A stretch of 64,000 nucleotides of DNA from the human T2T-CHM13v2.0 reference genome, Homo sapiens: assembly GCF_009914755.1 (NCBI RefSeq), contig NC_060937.1. One strand, given 5' to 3'. Position numbers and translations under genes: made by a program. The notes below the pieces were generated by a model. That model was not told the origin of the DNA. It did no database searches and saw only the letters and a list, made by a program, of their open reading frames with translations. Numbering within the stretch: position 1 is the stretch's first letter; each line of letters opens with the position of its first letter. Below are positions 1 to 12,865 of this stretch, one piece after another.

Positions 1-342
<342 letters not shown>

Positions 343-604
343 TAAATATTTTATAATTTAAAACAATATCCTAACTAGTTCCAACCTCTGCCTTCATTTT
401 CTCCCTGCAGAACAACCTGAGCAAGGCTCTAGGCTCAAAACCTCTTTAGAATACACAAAATATCCTACTGTTGCCTCTAGCGTTAATCTTATGCCCCCGT
501 TCTGAAAACATGGTTTCCTAATTTATTAGACTTCAGTTCTCTCTTTTCATTGAACTTGAGGTCCCTGGTAACTAAGGAGTTGACTGAGTACTGCTCACTG
601 GTAC

Positions 605-939
605 TGACAGATGCAGGAAGCATGTAAGAGGGAGAATCCCTGGAGAATCTCCAGCCCACCTGCCACTGGGAGAATGGGGTGGAGCCACCGAGAAGTTTCT
701 GCCTTGTGCACGGGGGAGGAGCCTGGGCTCTTGAGCTCCTGTGTGGTGGCCTGGTATTCAATCTGTGAGATGGGAGCCGTTGGCAGGAACCCCTCTCACT
801 TTGCTGAGAGTTTTTTCTTTTTTCCTTTTCGCCCAATAAATTCCATTCCCCACCCTTCAATGTGTCTGCATGTCTAAGTTTTCCTGGTTGTGAGATAAAC
901 CCGAATTTAGCTGAACTAAGGGGCAAAAATTCTGCAACA
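605..939 (+). mobile_element. ERV1-class solo LTR (MER61/MER52-like; subfamily uncertain)
   Basis: TG...CA ends; AATAAA at ~835; 3' end ttagctgaactaaggggcaaaaattctgcaaca is typical of MER4-group LTRs. Confidence 0.65.
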
Positions 940-2902
940 GTAATATATATACCGAGTACTTGTCCTGGCCATCCCTGTCCCCTGTGGTGTCCTGCTTCCA
1001 CACCCACAGGGATAGAGGCCATTTTATTTGTTGATATACTTTCTCAGTGCCTGCCCATTGTCAGGCTGGGTTTCTGAGTATCTCCTGATTCTCTAATGCT
1101 ATATTTTGTTAGCTTTTTGGATCATCTCTTATACTTGGTGTTGGATCCTTTGACACCTGGTGCATTCATGAACTGTCTCTGGAACATGGAACTCTGAGCT
1201 CCAGACTGAATTTCCACCTAGCTCTCTTGCCTAAAACCTGTTCCAATCTAGTAGATGAATGTAATAGAGGGCCTAAGCCAAGATGAAAATTTACAGTTTT
1301 CAGCACTTGCTAAGCTTCCTTATTTCCTTCCTAACCTGTGTCAGACTGATCAAATTAAGCACTGGAGATGCAGGCTCTTGAAATAGAAAATGTGTTGGGA
1401 CACAGCTGTCTTTCATTACCTTTCCTTACTCAGACCTAGAGATAAAGTATTTCTTGGAACTATAACCCTCTGTTTTGGAGATGATAGTGGCCTCCGGAGT
1501 CTTTTAAGTGAGTACACAGGAAGTCACGTCCCCAAGCTACTTGCCTTATAAAATGCAACACCTCTTAGCAATCCTTTTGTCTTAGGTTACCTGAATAGTT
1601 CTGCTTCGAACAGCTTGGCCCTCCTGCTAATTTTCCTCCGGTTCTATGCTAGGTTGGCTTCTTGCTTGTTTCTGGGACCCCTCTATTTATTTCCCTATTA
1701 GAGACCACAGCTTATGCTTGACTTAGACTCTTTAGTAACTGCATCGTACCCAACCTAAGCACCCCACTGTCTTCAAGGCTACTGACTCCAAGCCAGACCT
1801 TCACTGCTATTTTGTCCCCATTCCTCAGGTCAAGCCTCAAGAAACCATATGAAAAGAAAGAATGAAAAGGTATTGTGGAACAGCAGAAATGTGCCTGTTG
1901 ATAACAATTGATGACAATTATTTGATTTTGTGACAGACCCTTGGGAGTCAATAAGGCACAGTCGCTACCTGCCTTCAAGTGGCACATTGGTCAAGTTGGT
2001 TATGAAGAACCAAAGATAATGTGTAAAACAGGAGTAATGTGTATGGCCAGAGTCACAGACTAGGGAAATGTATCCCATGTAGGCTTCCTGACAAATGTCT
2101 TTTCAAGAATTCTCAAGGAGAGTCAGATCCTTGGGACAGGAGGTGATGCTACCCCCTTCAACTGGACTAATGAGTTTTCTAGGGACCAAATTGCAGTAGA
2201 AATCCCAGCACTGTGGGTCTCTGCATCTTCCCTGTAGGGCAGTGGCCAAAGATCCCAATGGCAGGCAGAGATGAGGTGGCAGGCTCTCAGTATTTGTTTT
2301 TTTTCTTGTATTCCATTTGTTAAAGTATTGGATTTCTTTCCAGTGGTGTGAGAGTCTGAGGTGACATAAACTACATATTCCCAAATATAAAGTATGAAGA
2401 ATAGGAGTTGAATTTGGCAGGATGAAGGAGGGACTAATGAAGTACACTCTGGAATTTGAAAGCATTAGGAGTTGTAATTATGTGTTACATACACAATGGT
2501 CATGATGAGGAGATGAGAACAGTAACATGTAGATTTGTTAAGAGTTATGTATAGAGAAATTACCAAGATGTCACTGAGACTAGTAACATTCCTTTAGGGT
2601 TGTCCCTGGGTACCACTGTTGACATATCATTTGAAGGTCTTAACATCCTTGAGAAAACTTGTCAGTTATTCTTGGTGGCTTAGAATTCTTCAACATATTC
2701 TACAGCTGCAAACACAAGTAGGCCCAAGAAATACCCTGGTTAGAAAATGTAGTTAATGCACATTTTGTGTTCCGAGATAAGAGTGGATGACATTTAAATA
2801 AGCAAGTTAGCTGACAGGAAGAAGAAACGATCAGTTAGTTATCTTGGTAGTGGGAAGGGTGGCACTGAATGTTGCAGATAGTGACTATCTGAGGCCGATG
2901 TT

Positions 2903-3675
2903 GTGTAAGTGGTAATAAGAATTTACCAAGTGATATGGGTTGGCTCTGTGTCCTCACCCAAATCTCATCTTGTAGCTTCCATAATTCCCACGTGTTATGG
3001 GAGGGACTCAGTGGGAGATGTTTGAATCATGCGGGTGGGTCTTTCACATGCTGTTCTCATGATAATAATAAGTCTCACGAGATCTGATGGTTTTAAAAAT
3101 GGGAGTTTCCCTGCACAAATTCTCTCTCTTTGCCTGCCACCATCCATGTAAGATGTGACTTGCTCTTCCTTGCCTTCCACCATGATTGTGAGATCTCCCC
3201 AGCCGTGTGGAGCTGTAAGTCCATTAAACCTCTTTTTCTTCCCAGTGTTGGGCGTGTCTTTATCAGCAGTGTGAAAATGGACTAATACACCAAGACAATT
3301 GTAAGTAAAGAAAGACAGATTTATTAGAGAAAGTATGAAAGTATGTTTCAAGGAAGTAATGGGCAGGTCAGCAAGAGAGGAGCTGACTGCAAGGAGACAA
3401 AGGCCTGCTGAAGATTTTATAGGATGGTGCTTCTGTTATGTGAAGAGGGCTTTGTGCAGTACTGATAACACTAAGGTTTCAGTGAGCTAATTTGCATTTT
3501 TCTATCAGCCAAGGGTCTGGTGATAGCTAGGCACAGGAAGATTGTGAGTTAAATGTGCAAGAGGGCTATGTGTCCTGGACCATGAAGAAAGGCAGACTTA
3601 TAACTTACCTGTTTTTTCTTTTTGCTTTCCTGTGGTCCTGCAGTCTGATTCCTTTTCCCAAATTAGGACTTCACA
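2903..3675 (-). mobile_element. LTR47-like solo LTR interrupted by a THE1 LTR
   Basis: Reverse complement begins tgtgaagtcctaatttgggaaaagg; minus-strand AATAAA at ~3320. Confidence 0.6.
2931..3289 (+). mobile_element. THE1 (MaLR) solo LTR
   Basis: tgatatgg...ggactaataca ends; perfect 5-bp TSD CCAAG at 2926-2930 and 3290-3294. Confidence 0.92.
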
Positions 3676-5589
3676 TTGAAAATATATTATAGCCTTAGGG
3701 GTTGGCTGATTATTTCTGTACAGCTAGTAGTCTGGGGGTCGTATCCCAGGACAGGTCCATTTTGACTGACCGGTAGAGAAGAGGTTCTGCCTAAGGCAGG
3801 ATATAAACAGGGTATCCAAATTCTTTTCTAAACTGAGATATTTTTGAAAAATAAAAGAGGCGCTAATAACAGGCAGCAACTGTGATTGTACCAGTCAAAA
3901 TAGAATGTAAAATCACCCTAAATAGAAATACAGAAGGGTCCTCAGACCACAGCAATTTTGTTCATGGCTTTGTGGACCAGTATTACTATCCAAGTGACTC
4001 CTCTGGGGGTTCCCTGGCATAGGTGGAAGTGAGCCACTGGTTCTTGGAACAGCTCTGAAAGTGGTATTATATTACTGAGAGGAAGGGAGCTTAGTGAGGA
4101 AATCCATTATCAAGGTGGCCCAGGGGAACTGAATGTTTGGCAGGGATCACAGAAAACCTTTGGCTTTTCCCAGTAGGTGTTTGTTCTTCTGTATATTTTG
4201 TATATCATTGTATTCCACTACTTCCATTTTTTGACCTAGAGTTGTTAGAAGTCATGAGTCAAGGAAAGTAGAACCTTGTGTTCACCAAAATGAATGAATA
4301 AACAGAGGGCAGGATTCATGACAATTTTCTATAACATGTAAGTCATTTGAAACACACTTCTGTCTGAGGGCAAGCAGAGGGTTTGCTAGATCTCTTAATA
4401 TATTATTGCCATTCCTGGGTGAGAAATGAGAAGGTCCAGTAGAAGCTGGATCATAGGAGAAAACACTATAGTATTACAAAACCCAGTCCCCAATGGAGGT
4501 GGTAAATTAGATTACTGAGAACAAGGAGAGGAAACATTTGCCATGTTCTGGCAGAAGGGGCTGGAATATAGATTCTGTATGGTGTCTAAGAATCAAGCAT
4601 CATTTCTGTAGAGAGGGCTCTCTGTTTGTAGGATGGCATCATCCAGTCGTATCTTAATGAGGGGATGCTGTAGCAGACAGCTGCACTGACCATGTAGCTA
4701 GAGACCAGGCAGAAATGTGGGTACTTCAGTGGAGGCTGATGTGGAAAGGTAGTAATGATCAAGAAACAGATAGCATAGTATACATTTCAGTGGACTTCAG
4801 TGGAGGACTTTATTCCTTCCTGGAACTTAGGTGAGAATTCTTAGAATTACATAAAGAGTAAAATGAGCAAGAAGTGTTCACAATAATTTTTTTAAAGTTA
4901 CAAAAATATAGACTAATATTAAACTTCGAAGAGCATAGGGTTTGACACTGAAACCCAAGTAGCACCTTATAAATGTTGGCTTCTCTTTCACAGAAAAGAA
5001 ATGCCGTTTCCTCAAACCATACATGAAAATTAGTATGATATTTTATCAGACCTTATTTTACTGCAGATATTACTTTCATCCGGAGTTTATATGCAATTTC
5101 AGAATAGCTACTGACCATCTAAAAAGGATAGAAAAAGTACAGGCCATTATACTATTAAGCTAGAGCTCTGTAGGAATCTTAATATACCCATTATAGTAAG
5201 CTTATAGGCATACTGTTTGAAGATAACAAAATCATTGTAAGATTATTACACCAACTGATAAGGATACTAACCTGCACAATCAAATGTGAGTAAGGACACA
5301 CTTAAACAGGAAGAATGGTAAAATCAGTTTAGAGATAAAGAGCAGAATATGACAAATTATACATTTATAATATAAATTTATGAATTATAAATTTGGGCTC
5401 TACAAAGGGAATTTTCTAAATAAATTACAAAAGTGCCAAGAAATTTGACACCCATTGTTTATAAAGATAACCCATCTATTTGAAAAATAATGGTAATTAT
5501 TATTTTTCCCCCTCACATTGAACAAAAATCTGTCCTCTTCCTCTGGAAGGACAGAGGAAGCCTCAGATAGTTCTCAGACATTAGCATTT

Positions 5590-6130
5590 CAACCTCAGTT
5601 TACTATATCCCTCTGAGTCTCCCCTTCTTCAGGTTAAATACCAACAAGATAAGTTTCACATATGAGATATTCCCTTAGGCTCCTCACCTCTGGTCATATT
5701 TCACTATGGCTAATGCAGGTGCATACTGACTAGTTAGAGTACAGTAGGACTAGCACCTCTTTTGTCTTGAGCATCACACTAGCATTCATGTAGCCTAAAG
5801 TTGCATTTGCCATGTTTTGGTAGCTGCATCCTTCCGATGAAGAAGATTGGACTAACCATAAAGGGTTGCAGGCCAGTAAACCAATAAATCAGAAATGGTT
5901 GGCTACTTTGATGTTCATGAAGATTGGCTATCAAGAAATCCTAGTCTATCTTTCAGAAGCTTAGCTGATTTCACATATTCCATTGTGGTGAAGGGGAACA
6001 AATGTGTTCAAGATGACTTTGGGCAATCCAAAATAAATTGGGATCAAATCTAGTAAGGGGACAGACTGGATATCTCTAACGTAGTTTAGTGGCTTAAAAT
6101 TGCAAATAGAGCAAGGATTTCCTACAGCCT
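5590..6130 (-). mobile_element. Degenerate L3/CR1 LINE fragment
   Basis: Faint similarity to the CR1 ORF2 3' region; boundaries approximate. Confidence 0.4.
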
Positions 6131-7211
6131 GGGCTAGGAGGCATTTGGGGGTCTTAAAAGTTCTACCACTTTTCAACCTAGATTTTTACCCCAGTGTTTA
6201 ATGACTTTCTGTACCGTATGTAAGCATGTATTAATAATATTCATGTTTCATATGCATGACTATTACCTCCTTTAAAGATCTAATCGCGTAAGGATATTTC
6301 TGTTAAATTTCATGTGAGCTAACTAATGAATAAGGATGCTCTGACTGACACTTTGAATTAATGTTTCATTTTTCAAGCAAAGCAGCTAAGCAACAGGAAT
6401 GACAGACCCAGAAATAACTTGTTCTAAGATCTGTTTTATCTTGTCATAAAGTTAGGACAATATTCCAAAAGCTGACCTTGTCCTTTAGATATATAATCCA
6501 GGGGAAGTCATCTAACATCTTTTTTAAAGCAGTAAGCATGTATGCTATTGGCTCACATGAAGAGGAAGTCTATCTCACTTTTTGCAAAAGACATTTTTTA
6601 AAAGTTGTGTATAAATTTTATATGGTAAATTAAACTATTATTTACTTATGCTAAATGCTTTTGAAATGCTTGATAACATTCATGCTTCTTTGAACTTGTA
6701 ATGTCTGTAACATAAGCTTTTTATAATACCTTGCACTTCTAATTTAACTATAAACCAGTCATGTAAAATCAGCAGAGCAATGATATTTAAATAAACTCTT
6801 TTATCTTATCAACTAGTTACATTTAGGCATAATTACTTGTTTTTGAACTTTGGACAAGTATATATTACATTTTCTTAAAAGAAGGTACATCTATGTTTTA
6901 CATATTAGAAGTATTATAATTCAGTAATTAGCTATGATTTAAATCAGAAGAATCATTATATTTGAGTAAAATATATAGTAGGACTCAGATTGATTTTGCT
7001 GTTCAAGAAGTGTTTAATTTGGATTGGCACTTCTGAATTATCATTTGTACTATATTTACTAATTAGTATAGTTAGGATTCTATGATTTTAGCATTGAACA
7101 GTTAATGAGTGCCACCGTGTATTAAAATATCACTAGGTATAATTTTAACAGTGGTTAAGATGTGTCTCTATCCTTATAAAGACACTCGCTACAAAAGAAT
7201 TAGGTAAGTGC

Positions 7212-7664
7212 TGTGAAATTAAATCATTTAAACTTAAAGCTGTTGGAACTTTACATTATTCTGTGCCTTGAGAGGAACATGGCTCTGCAGCCTGAGTCAC
7301 ACGGCATGCAGTTGCAACTTCTGCTCTTTTTTTTCTGTAAATAATTAGTAAGATCAAAAGGCACCAGATATAAGACCCTCTCAGATCACTACTCTTACTC
7401 ACAGAGTAATAAAGTCATCTTCCTTGGAATGTAGCAATCTATAACCAATCAAATTGCTGTAATACACTGGTCTCCTGTGGAAAATGTGATAATCCTGCTA
7501 AAATTTCTCTCTCTGAGACTATGTAAGTGAAACCTTAACTTCTCCACTTTGGAATACTGACCCCATTCATCTGGAATTGTTGTTCCCAGGTTGTCATCCT
7601 CAAGCTTTATGCTCAAATAAACTCCATACTGAATCATATTTTCTGAATCTCATTAAGGTTGACA
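7212..7664 (+). mobile_element. MER57-like ERV1 solo LTR
   Basis: tgtgaaattaaa...cttaaagctg start and ...ttaaggttgaca end; AATAAA at ~7617; AP-1 site TGAGTCA at 7293. Confidence 0.65.
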
Positions 7665-7864
7665 GTATGTACATTATAAAGTATATAGTAGACTGTGATA
7701 TAATATATAGGCATTCAAACCGAAGGCATAAAAGAGGTATTTCACCTCTTGAACTTAAAAAGCACCTTTACATATTTAAACAGCTGATGAAACTGTAATT
7801 TCCACATTTTTCCCCTTTCAGAATGTTTTATTAATACATTGGTTTATTAAGTATTAATAAATTT

Positions 7865-8140
7865 GGCTGGATGCAGTGTCTCACGCCTATAATCCCAGCT
7901 CTTTGGGAGGCTTGAGCCCAGGAGTTCAAGACCAGCCTGGGCAACATAGCAAGACTCTGTATCTACAAAAAATTTTAAAAAATAGCCAGATGCAGTAGTG
8001 CGCACCTGTAGTCCTAGCTACACTGGAGGTAAGTGGGGAGGATCACTTGAGCCTAGGAGCTCAAGACTACACTGAGCTATGGTCACTGCACTACAGTTTG
8101 GGTGACAGAGACTCTGTCTCCAAACAAACACAAAATAATA
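7865..8140 (+). mobile_element. AluJ-type SINE with internal deletion
   Basis: Alu consensus with J-type diagnostic gagcccaggagttc. Confidence 0.88.
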
Positions 8141-9139
8141 ATAAGTTAAATAATACATGTAAAGCAACCATCAAATAACTGGTCTGCTCCATTATTTTTT
8201 CTTGTATTTTCTAATGTTCTATATAACGTGTGTATTAATTCATAATCATAAAAAACAAAGTCCTAAAACTGAACAATGTAGAAAAGAAGGACTTGACATC
8301 TCACTTTTACAAGTGAGCCACCAGCTGGGACCATCACTCAGGCAGGAAATATCACTCAGGCAGGAATTCAGCAAGTGGGCCAAAGGGAGACTCAAGTTTT
8401 CAAACAGGAAGCGATATGGAATCTGCTCTTGGCTGTCAGAGGCTGCTACTGTAAAGCTCCAAAGCTCCTGGGGAAAGATGATGCCTGCCTTTGTAGTCAG
8501 AAGGTCACCAAGGGTATTAAGCTGAGAGGCTAGCTTTGTGTATTAGGCTTAGTTTTGTTGAAAGGTAGGACCAGACCGAACTAGCTAATTTTAGTCTGAA
8601 CTATTCCATTTAGTGCCCCATGTGATCCAGAATAAATCATTCAACCTTGCTGGGTCATAATTCTTTCATGTGCCTATAACCCAAATGTCTTGTTTCTATT
8701 ACAGTATGTCTAAAAATGAAAGAAATATTTCCATTAACTTAGAAAATTACAGTGGAGGAGACACCACCAATTTGATTGCTGGAAATTGGCCCACTAAAAT
8801 GTCCCTAGGAGACACACAGGGGTTCCCAGGCACCCTCTTGGGTGCCCTTGGACACAGGCTGTGTTCCCTGACTTGCCACCCTGCTGCCCTGGCTCCTTTG
8901 TACACCACTGGTCTCTCCTCTCCCTACCCCGTTTCTGTGAGGAGTATGAGCAGGGGACACCTGTTTTCTCCCTGCTGCAACATCCCAAGCATGGGACATG
9001 CCTTGACATTCATTTCCCTTAACATAGCACAGATTTGGCTTATAGCATTTATCAGGACTTTACTGAGGACTCCTGACAATACAAATTAAAGAGAATAAAG
9101 AATAGTCTGGTAAGACACCCTCCTTCCCCGCTTCTCTTT

Positions 9140-9640
9140 TTTTGAATAGTTATTGAGTACCTACTATGTGCCTTAGGAACTCCTAAGCAAAAACAGAAAC
9201 AGCCCTTGCTCATGGATCTCACAGTTCAGTGGAGGAGGGAGACAGACATTAACCAGGTAACCACACAAATAAAAATTGTTATAAGTTGATAAATGCGTTG
9301 AAGAAAAAGTAGGGAGTCCTAAGTAAAGGGGATTTACTTAGTCTGGGGAGTTAGGACGAAAGTTCCTGAGGAAGTGACAGTAGAGTTGAAAGGTGAAGGA
9401 TTCTTGGGCATTCAGCTGTTAACAGGGATGGACAGAGAAAGAATATTGGATCCTGAAGAAACAGCCTGTGGAAGGTGATGAGGCAGGCAGGGTCTGGTCC
9501 TATTTTGAGGAACTGAAAAGGGGACAGTCTGAAAGGGAGAATGATATGAAAGCAAAGGAGAAAAGCAGATTATGAGGAAAACCATGAGAAGCCACTGAAG
9601 GATTGTAAGCAGGGGAATGGCATGGTCAGATGCAGTAGAA
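9140..9640 (-). mobile_element. L2 LINE fragment
   Basis: tattgagtacctactatgtgcc (reverse complement of the L2 3' end) followed by L2-like sequence. Confidence 0.65.
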
Positions 9641-9799
9641 ATGGCAGCCCTCTGGAGATAGAGTGCACATACTTCAACCAGCAGGCAAAAAAGACAAATC
9701 CTGGAAGCAAAGGAACGGTGCTAGGAGGAGAAATATGAACTCTGTAAATGGGATAAATAGAACGTCTTCTATTTTTTAGAGTATTAAAAAGAATCAGCA

Positions 9800-10570
9800 A
9801 CATCCACACAAAATTTGTATAGGAATATTCAAAGCAGTATTATTCATAATAGCCAAAAAGTAGAAACAACTGAATTGTCTGTCAACTGATAAGTTGGCCA
9901 ATAAAACTGTGCTATATACATAGAATGGAACTGTTATTCGGCAATAAAAAATAAATGAAGTACTGATACACACTTCAACATGGATGATCCTTTAACACAT
10001 GCTAAATGAACGAAGTGAGACCCAAGAGACCATGTATTGTATGACTCCATTTATATGAACTGTCCAGAATAGGCAAGTCTTTTTTATTTTTTATTTTATT
10101 TTTATTATACTTTAAGTTCTAAGGTACATGTGCACAACATGTTACAGAGGTATACATGTGCCATGTTGGTTTGCTGCACCCATCAACTTGTCATTTACAT
10201 TAGGTATTTCTCCTAATGCTATCCCTCCCCCAGCCCCCCAACCCCCTACAGGCCCCGGTGTGCGATGTTCCCCGCCTTGTGTCCTGTGTCCATGTGTTCT
10301 CATTGTTCAACTCCCATCTATGAGTGAGAACATGCGGTGTTTGGTTTTCTGTCCTTGTGATAGTTTGCTTAGAATGATGGTTTCCACCTTCAGAATAGGC
10401 AAGTCTTTATAGACATAAAGTTGATTGGCTGCTACTGAGTATGTGAGTTTCTTTTAGGGAGGAACAAAACTTCTAAAATTAGATTTTGATGACAGTTGCA
10501 CAACTGTAAATCTACCAGAAGCACTGAATTGTATGGTAAATGGATTACATCTCAGTAAAACTGTTAAAAA
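9800..10570 (+). mobile_element. Old L1M (L1MB-like) 3' end, split by an L1PA insertion
   Basis: ttattcataatagccaaaaagtagaaacaac...tacatctcagtaaaactgtt L1M 3'UTR motifs. Confidence 0.75.
10081..10390 (-). mobile_element. 5'-truncated L1PA 3' end
   Basis: ttattatactttaagttct...tgagtgagaacatgcggtg; 16-bp TSD cagaataggcaagtct at 10065 and 10391. Confidence 0.92.
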
Positions 10571-11959
10571 ACACAGTTTTAAAAAGAATCCAGGAACTGG
10601 GGACACAGCAGAACTGGATCTCAATCCTAATTTTTTCTCACTTTGTATTAATGTACTGCAAATAATTGTAGCTAGCACAAGAGAGCACAATGACTGTCTT
10701 GCTAAGGTGAGTTGGGAGGATTTATTTCGGGCTCTGTTAATACATGTTCGATTGGGAGAGTTGGGCCCAGAGTTCATCTAAATTAGTAGTACCAAGCAGC
10801 TGTTTCAGTTAATCATTATGAGGGCTGTAAACACTCAAAAAATACTCAATTAACATTTTAAAAGAATGGTCCTACTTTGTTAAAATAGTACTTTTTCTCT
10901 TTTTGGCGTTTTTCCTTTTAAAAAGTAGCCCTATGTATCTTGAAATCTTGCTTTCGTTAAAATTAAGGTGTTAGCTTAACTTTAGGATATTGCCTCAGAC
11001 CTTTTAAAAAATGTATTTGCTATCTAGTTCTTAAACTCTGATTAGGAACACATGAATCATTATTTAATACTACACAGGTTCAAAATAGCTTAAGAGAGAT
11101 GGAATTCGAGGTTGAGCAGGTGGCGGTGTTTCCGTTTTCACACTCTGAGAAGGCCAAGGTTTCTTAGGGAAGCATTCCTGGTATCTGTATCAACCGTTTT
11201 CAGAGTTATTCAGCTGGTGTGTGTGTGTCTAATTTCATTTGGGTTGAGCCGCTGACTCTGTTAGGTTTTCATAAAAAATCATTTCATTTCCCTTTCCAGC
11301 TTCCGTCCTACTGGTATGTGCATGTTAAAGTGTAATTCAGGCTTAACTACTTTAGGTGTAGGCTAGTTACATTGCTTTGTTTTATGTATGAGGAAGCTGA
11401 GACTCAGTGGTGATAAGGAACCTTGATTTGGTTGTATCACTAATGACAGAGCTTCGAGTTGGAACTCGTCTCCTGATTCGTTTCTTTTGGTGAAACATCC
11501 TCTTGATTTCTGAGCTTTCAACCTCTATCTTTTCAAATCTTACACTAAAGAATAAGTATCTGCGTAGAATTTCATTTTCTGTTCCCAGAATTGACTTTAA
11601 GAATAGACAGAAGAGGTGGTTGTCAGTGTAGCATAATGGAGGGAAAAAAATTAAAGATGGGCCCTTCCTTTTCAGCCATTTGTTTTCCCCCAGGTAACAA
11701 AAGAAAATCCTCCATTTTATTTTTCCTAGTAATTAGGAGAAATCCACATGTTTCAACAAAGGCAGAAACAGCATGAGGACTCTGACCTAATGGATTTTAG
11801 AAATGTTGAGATCATAGGAAATTAAATTAAATTTCATGACTGTCTCTCACCTGGCCTATAAATCTCCTAATCTCCCTTACTTCTGCTTTGGCCTCTTTAA
11901 GACCCATTCTTTTCAAAGACGAGACTTTTTTTTTTAAAAAAAAAGTAAACTCTGGGTGT

Positions 11960-12865
11960 CTCTCCCCTATTAAAAACTCTGTAATACCTTATATTGCGTT
12001 TAGAATAAACTTTCAATTCCTTTCTTGGCTAACAAAGCCTTACAGGATCTGGCCCATGCTAGTTTCTGACAGAGCAAGAGCATCACCATCTTGGACAAGC
12101 ACCGCCATTTTAAGTTCCCCTTGATTAAAAACCGCCTAAATCCAGCCCCAGAAACATCAGCCTAATGGCTAATGTCAGCATGACCATAAACCACAAATAA
12201 CACTTCTGACCAGAAACTTTCCAACCCTGAGATAAACCCCACTCTGATCAGAAATATGCCTCCCCTCCAACCAGAGACATTACACCCCTGACAATAAAAC
12301 TCTCCTCCACCCAGAAACATTCCAAGTCTGCAATATGCTCTCCCTCCCTAAACCACTAAATACCTTTAGTCTGTAAGAGAGAACACTCCTGACCGAAATC
12401 GGCCAGAAGCCCCTCTCAGGTTTATTCTCCAAAATAAACCTGTCTCTGTTAAGCTGCTTTTTGTGTTTCTTTCTTTAACTCTTACAGTTTCCATCTCCAG
12501 GCTCAAGAAAGTTTACTTTCTCATTTCTTCTTCCCTCAAATGCACTAGAATAGATCCTTACTTAGGGCCTTTGAATTAGTGTTATCCTTTTCCTGGAATG
12601 CTCTATGCTCTGATTTTTGCGTCTGTTATTCAAATCGCTGCTAAAATATCTCCTCCTTAAAAGGGCATCCCCTTTACTAGCCACTCAGTCACCATCACCA
12701 TCACGTCACTTATTGTAACTTCTTTGCATACAGCTTAAAACCAACAGATTTTTTTTCTTTTCACCCTCAGATAAGTTCCCTAGAATCTACACTACTTGTC
12801 TTCATCATTGTTCAATCAACAGCCTAGAGTAGTGTTTGTTGAATGAAGAAATGAACAAACGAATG
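11960..12865 (+). mobile_element. L2 3' fragment hosting the LTR
   Basis: agggcctttg...cctggaatgctct and terminal gttgaatgaa...aatgaa motifs. Confidence 0.6.
12067..12486 (+). mobile_element. ERV1 solo LTR (MER83/MER84-like) inserted into an L2
   Basis: TG...CA ends; 5-bp TSD GTTTC at 12062 and 12487; AATAAA at ~12433; internal ccagaaacat repeats. Confidence 0.8.

Noticed and set aside
489-1022. 177-aa minus-strand ORF
   Set aside because: Mostly overlaps an LTR; no recognisable domain or splice support.
8670-9089. 139-aa ORF in the upstream intergenic region
   Set aside because: Non-ATG start, no recognisable homology, no exon structure.
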